The position numbers and the translations under genes were made by a program. The notes below the pieces were generated by a model, which saw only the letters and a program-made list of their open reading frames with translations, ran no database searches and was not told the origin of the DNA. This document shows, piece by piece, positions 62,645 to 64,000 of a DNA stretch of 64,000 nt (its first letter is position 1; every line of letters begins with the position of its first letter). Source of the stretch: Schmidtea polychroa (taxonomy: Eukaryota); NCBI GenBank assembly GCA_044892525.1, contig CM097887.1, positions 27,528,001 to 27,592,000 of the forward strand, read 5' to 3'.

Positions 62645-64000
62645 CTCACTACTTGTTCCACCTATGACAAATTTTCCAGATTTCCATTCGAATATTTGAA
62701 TCTTTTATCGATTTTTCACAATTCACATTTTTTGCTTTTCACCTATACACCTTCTCAAACCTTTGTTCTCTTTTTATTTATTCGCTCTATCGATTCTCTC
62801 ACTGATCAGACTTTCCTATCTCTCCTTTCTTTAATTATAAATAGTGAAACAAATTAAACAACTGTCATTTATTTTTCATAACAAATAAAGATAATATCCT
62901 AAAAGTTTATATGGCAGATTTATTATAAATTAAATTATTTGTCAAAATTAATAAGCTGCCAAAAAGAACTGTTGTTATCATTTTCTTCATTTTCGTCAGA
63001 ATCTAGTAAAAAGGCCAATTAATATTAATCATTACACTAAGAAATTACTTTGTCTTGTTTTTGCTTTTCTTCTAAACATTTTGTATACGGGATACGCGTA
63101 AAGCATACCTGCGTAATAAATTATTAAACATTAAAAACCAAACTGGAAAGTTACCATCGTATAAAGAGGTATCCAAAAAGACGGAAACAAATAATTCATC
63201 AAATTATCAATTATCTTTCTCAAACGAAAAGAGAGCAAAGTTACATTTATCCGTAGCTAGATCAAAACATAAAGGTATAATTCGATGAATGTATAATGAG
63301 AATAGGGTTATCAGATACAATGTACAAAATGAGGAAAGACGGTTTAATTGAAATAAGAAAAGGAGGACACATTGTACTGAAATTAGGACATTACAAAATA
63401 AAACGACATTTAATCTATTTACTTTTAATAATAACAAAAAGAAAACATCAAAAACATTAAAATATTTTTATAGTATATTGTTAAATTAACAATGTTAATG
63501 TTGTCTATTTAATTATACTTTTCAATGTCGACATTTTTTGATAATACTTGCTTGTTTCTTAACTGAAAACGACGGAATTCCTATTACACCAAGTCCATAC
63601 TCATTTATGTAAATACTTAGATTGCTCAAATATTTTTTATACATTTAATATATATTTGATAAATAACTGTTATGCACCACACTTTTATCTGACTCCTGAG
63701 GCTAAATAAACTTAGAAAAGGTATTTATTCCTTTCAAATGCGTAATTTTAAGTCTTTCTATTTCTATAATATTTTATCCTTTTTAGTTTTTTGATACTTT
63801 CGTAATTTATATTAGTTTAAATTAAAATATTATTTTAAAAATACTATATATTTTAATTATTTTTTATTATACTTTTTACAGTGAAATAAAATTTAATTAC
63901 TGTATTGTCAACAAAGTTTCAATTAAATTGGACATATGAAAGGGAATCAAATTTAGATAATAAAATTTTAATATAACTAACTAATTGACAGATAAAGTTA

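Larger units (their letters stand above)
59500..62860 (-). mobile_element. LTR-like repeat interrupted by the intact hAT
   Basis: Flanks 59500-59969 and 62645-62860 join into one sequence homologous (inverted) to 54010-54390. Confidence 0.75.

Noticed and set aside
1-64000. CRISPR arrays, tRNA genes, hammerhead ribozyme cores
   Set aside because: This is eukaryotic DNA. The 22-bp arrays have no spacers, and no tRNA cloverleaf or complete CTGATGA...GAAA core was seen by eye; tRNAscan or Infernal would be needed to exclude them fully.

Overview
AT-rich eukaryotic (metazoan) genomic DNA with four assembly gaps (2626-3085, 10230-10386, 29392-29543, 59271-59483). A free-living flatworm (planarian) host is my inference from the TFIIH p62 sequence, the 41-50 nt introns and the transposon content; it is not proven. 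Only two convincing host genes are present: an intronless TFIIH p62/GTF2H1 (54701-56419, -) and a NICE-3/C1orf43 homologue (50954 to about 50216, -) that the ORF track misses because of its tiny introns. The rest is mostly mobile or viral DNA. This includes four hAT transposase elements (one intact, with a perfect 8-bp TSD), an intact DD34E Tc1/IS630 transposase, and MULE, piggyBac and BEL/Pao remnants. There are also LTR-like repeats, a 28S rRNA 3' fragment and decayed copies of housekeeping genes. The most unusual items are: (1) a TG...CA, 4-bp-TSD solo-LTR-like cassette carrying an open phlebovirus/tenuivirus-type nucleocapsid ORF; (2) related cassettes carrying an unknown CxxC/coiled-coil ORF followed by a conserved putative RNA three-way junction; (3) a convergent CRESS-type Rep plus parvovirus-NS1/E1-type helicase pair, like an integrated planarian virus-like element, with two more Rep copies in the window; (4) chimeric strings of housekeeping-gene fragments (cofilin-RACK1; cold-shock domain-actin). 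All protein family calls come from motif recognition by eye; no database search was run.
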